Virus genome (UHGV): UHGV-0036148
DNA from: a virus
Direction: 5' to 3' (one strand)
DNA length: 55,727 bases
Shown one piece after another: positions 53,664-55,727 of this stretch. Both the position numbers and the translations under genes were made by a program. How positions within the stretch are numbered: position 1 is the first letter of the stretch; every line of letters starts with the position of its first letter. The notes below the pieces were generated by a model. That model searched no databases. It was not told the DNA's origin and was given only the letters and a program-made list of their open reading frames with translations.

Positions 53664-53921
53664 TCATTCTCCTTCGTAAAGAATTGTTACCAGTTCTGCA
53701 TCTGTTAGCGTGTTGTGATCTTTATAAGTACCGTAGCGAGCAACGAAAGCTATTTCGCCAGCTATTTTCCGCCACATAGGGATCGACTCATCAAAATAGG
53801 TGTTCTCCATTGCCTCCCTGTATGCCAGTTCATAAAAACGCCCACGGTTAACATCTTCAATCACGCGGCTATACGTGCCATCGGTACGACTTACGCCGCG
53901 CCATAGCCTGAACACAACCAT
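53664..53921 (-). CDS. hypothetical protein (85 aa)
   Basis: ORF in operon context. Confidence 0.4.
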   Translation of the reverse strand: MVVFRLWRGVSRTDGTYSRVIEDVNRGRFYELAYREAMENTYFDESIPMWRKIAGEIAFVARYGTYKDHNTLTDAELVTILYEGE

Positions 53922-53923
53922 AA

Positions 53924-54223
53924 TTAAAACTCCGCACCAGGTAAGCTACGCGCTTTGTTTACCACATCGCTTTCTAGTCTACGACGCGCTTTATAATTCA
54001 TGTTCGACATAAAGATTGCAGGTGTTTCATCATACCATGCCTTAATTTTTAACAACTGATCCACAGTGAAAACCATGTCATCATCTGTTATGTATAGCCA
54101 GTCTTCGCGCTTGCCGACCACAACATGAGATTTTCCCCAACTGTCTTTAAACTCATAATCGCAGAAGGCATCACCTTTAGGCACTTCAACAAAACAGCAC
54201 GCTATGAACTTATTGCTTTTCAT
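53924..54223 (-). CDS. hypothetical protein (99 aa)
   Basis: ATG 54223; longer frame would begin inside an intergenic hairpin. Confidence 0.4.
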   Translation of the reverse strand: MKSNKFIACCFVEVPKGDAFCDYEFKDSWGKSHVVVGKREDWLYITDDDMVFTVDQLLKIKAWYDETPAIFMSNMNYKARRRLESDVVNKARSLPGAEF

Positions 54224-54262
54224 GATTTTGTCCCATCTGTCTTTCTGTGGTTTATATATAAC

Positions 54263-54292
54263 AAAATGGCATCGCCGGAGAAATGCCATTTT
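54263..54292. promoter_or_regulatory. perfect 10-bp inverted repeat hairpin in intergenic gap
   Basis: AAAATGGCAT-cgccggagaa-ATGCCATTTT. Confidence 0.4.
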
Positions 54293-54295
54293 GTA

Positions 54296-54317
54296 TACAT
54301 TGTGATACAGATCACAT
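54296..54317. promoter_or_regulatory. CRP-consensus palindrome TGTGA-N6-TCACA
   Basis: cattgTGTGAtacagaTCACAtttt; perfect half-sites, 6-bp spacer, A/T flanks as in CRP consensus. Confidence 0.45.
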
Positions 54318-54326
54318 TTTGTTCAT

Positions 54327-54614
54327 TTAACTTGCATTTTCATCTACCTTTAAATAATTTTTCGTGTCAATACCTGCCGGATACCTTGAAAATTGCGCTA
54401 ACCATTGTCCGGTAATGTTTTTCACCAGTGCATAATCAAGATCGCCGCAGTAGAATACCTGGTACATTGTCCCTTCGTTATCATCCATAACAAAGACCAT
54501 CGGATCAGTAGTCGCATTGCGCAGCCTGTGAATCGTGTAAGCCTGGCCAGTAGTGAATTTGTACTCGTTACACGTTGTGCGGCAAAACATCCGGTCAAAA
54601 TAGCTTTCCATCAA
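54327..54614 (-). CDS. hypothetical protein (95 aa)
   Basis: ORF in operon context. Confidence 0.4.
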   Translation of the reverse strand: MMESYFDRMFCRTTCNEYKFTTGQAYTIHRLRNATTDPMVFVMDDNEGTMYQVFYCGDLDYALVKNITGQWLAQFSRYPAGIDTKNYLKVDENAS

Positions 54615-54862
54615 AAAATCCCCTTATAATCGACCGTGTATTTTGCTATCAGCTTCCATTCACAATAGCTTTCCATGTCTCGCGGCTGCCAGCCTTTCAT
54701 GCCTACAGCACTCCGCGCAGCGTGACGGCGATAATCGTCATTAAGATCCGCAATACACCACGGCTGAAGAAAAAACATATAATTCGCTTCGTTAACCAGG
54801 ATAGACATTAGTCTTCCAGTGGCCTTATCTTTCGCCCTGAAATAACTTACCTTGATTTTCAT
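54611..54862 (-). CDS. hypothetical protein (83 aa)
   Basis: ORF in operon context. Confidence 0.4.
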   Translation of the reverse strand: MKIKVSYFRAKDKATGRLMSILVNEANYMFFLQPWCIADLNDDYRRHAARSAVGMKGWQPRDMESYCEWKLIAKYTVDYKGIF

Positions 54863-55073
54863 TTTTAATTACCTCGATCAACATTTCTTCTTCCAGGTTA
54901 GCCGGACGTTTACGAAATATTCCGGCAAAAACCAAATCGTCGAGTAGGTCTTTACGCTTAAATAACCACTCCTTCATTATTACCCCGTCGTCGCTGCGAT
55001 ATACGACGCCGTTTTTCAGAAAATAAAAAGTACGGGTGTTTGTCTGGAGGTATAGATCTTCGTAAACGTCCAT
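54825..55073 (-). CDS. hypothetical protein (82 aa)
   Basis: ORF in operon context. Confidence 0.4.
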   Translation of the reverse strand: MDVYEDLYLQTNTRTFYFLKNGVVYRSDDGVIMKEWLFKRKDLLDDLVFAGIFRKRPANLEEEMLIEVIKNENQGKLFQGER

Positions 55074-55077
55074 GATG

Positions 55078-55305
55078 TTAACCCTCGACTACTTCCAGCC
55101 CGCGCCCCTTGTCGCCAACGAAGCCCCCCAGGCTGAACGTATACGACCATGCCGGATTAATGTAATGGTCATCAGCGCCAGCGGCTATCAGGTCAGCACC
55201 GTTAATCATGCATGTGACATTATCGCTATGCACCACTTTAACGACCTTACCAACAACCTGTTTCAGTGACGGATAACCGTGATCGTGCAAGAATTTTACT
55301 TTCAT
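55078..55305 (-). CDS. hypothetical protein (75 aa)
   Basis: ORF in operon context. Confidence 0.4.
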   Translation of the reverse strand: MKVKFLHDHGYPSLKQVVGKVVKVVHSDNVTCMINGADLIAAGADDHYINPAWSYTFSLGGFVGDKGRGLEVVEG

Positions 55306-55307
55306 CT

Positions 55308-55586
55308 TTACCCCTTATAAGTAACAGCATCAGAAAGCAACAATACCGCCAACATCTCACCGCCATGTAACGGATCTGGAATACCAAAAAATATATCGCT
55401 TTTACTGTCAGGCACTACTACGCGCATATTTCCCTGTTTGTCTTCATGCACGAACCACAGCTTTTCGTGTGGCTCAAACATGCCGAAAAGCAATTTAAGA
55501 TCTATCTCTTCGCCCTTCGTGAATAACGAAACATCCGTTGTGGCTATAACTAACGCTTTCTGATCTGCTGTTTTCTTCGTTCTCAT
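55308..55586 (-). CDS. hypothetical protein (92 aa)
   Basis: ATGA overlap with upstream partial ORF. Confidence 0.4.
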   Translation of the reverse strand: MRTKKTADQKALVIATTDVSLFTKGEEIDLKLLFGMFEPHEKLWFVHEDKQGNMRVVVPDSKSDIFFGIPDPLHGGEMLAVLLLSDAVTYKG

Positions 55587-55589
55587 TCC

Positions 55590-55727
55590 TCTGTCTCCCA
55601 GCGTTCAATACTGATTAAGAAGTCCCGGATAGCGTGTCGCTCGTCGCGCGTTGGTTTGCGCTTACGGTAGATCCTGAAATCGAACCATTCTTTTTCCTGC
55701 TCAAAATCCAAATCGTAAGCAACAGCT
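55590..55727 (-). CDS. hypothetical protein, C-terminal part of ORF running off the window end (in frame with 1..89)
   Basis: open frame ...AVAYDLDFEQEKEWFDFRIYRKRKPTRDERHAIRDFLISIERWETEE ending at 55590. Confidence 0.35.

Overview
The window reads as a complete or near-complete, circularly permuted genome (55.7 kb) of a temperate lambda-like siphovirus, probably of an enterobacterial host. An ORF runs in frame across the window ends. All calls are from reading the sequence and recalled protein families; no database search was run.

Layout (window coordinates):
- 12.3-13.0 kb: CI-like repressor (HTH + S24 peptidase), minus strand.
- 11.8 kb down to ~0.1 kb, minus strand: long leftward operon with N-like ARM protein, HNH endonuclease, Erf, SSB, many small ORFs, Dam-like and C5-like methyltransferases, NinG, RusA and a lambda-type Q.
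- 13.3-20.8 kb, plus strand: rightward operon with Cro-like HTH, replisome-organizer initiator carrying iterons, Bro-N/KilA-C antirepressor, an HTH-metallophosphoesterase fusion, DnaB helicase, NinB and an AlpA/Xis-like gene.
- 20.7-22.3 kb: tyrosine integrase and a repeat-rich attP-like region.
- 55.6 down to 22.3 kb, minus strand: small unknown genes, pinholin / SAR endolysin / Rz-Rz1, HExxH protein, TerS, TerL, portal, MuF-like, head genes, lambda-order tail genes (V, chaperone, H, M, L, K, I, J) and a 1106-aa tail fibre.

Most notable observations:
- A tandem array of nine translationally coupled mini-ORFs (22-35 aa, each one predicted TM helix) between the HExxH gene and terS.
- Two perfect CRP-consensus palindromes (TGTGA-N6-TCACA) plus degenerate copies in intergenic gaps.
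- A conserved ~35-bp element upstream of the portal and tail M genes.
- A promoter plus short-leader terminator just upstream of the holin, resembling lambda PR'/tR'.
- Plus-strand moron cassettes inside the tail module, and a lipoprotein gene between J and the tail fibre.
- A G10 homopolymer forming an RBS.
- J expanded by about ten 105-bp tandem repeats and a ~1.1-kb internal duplication.
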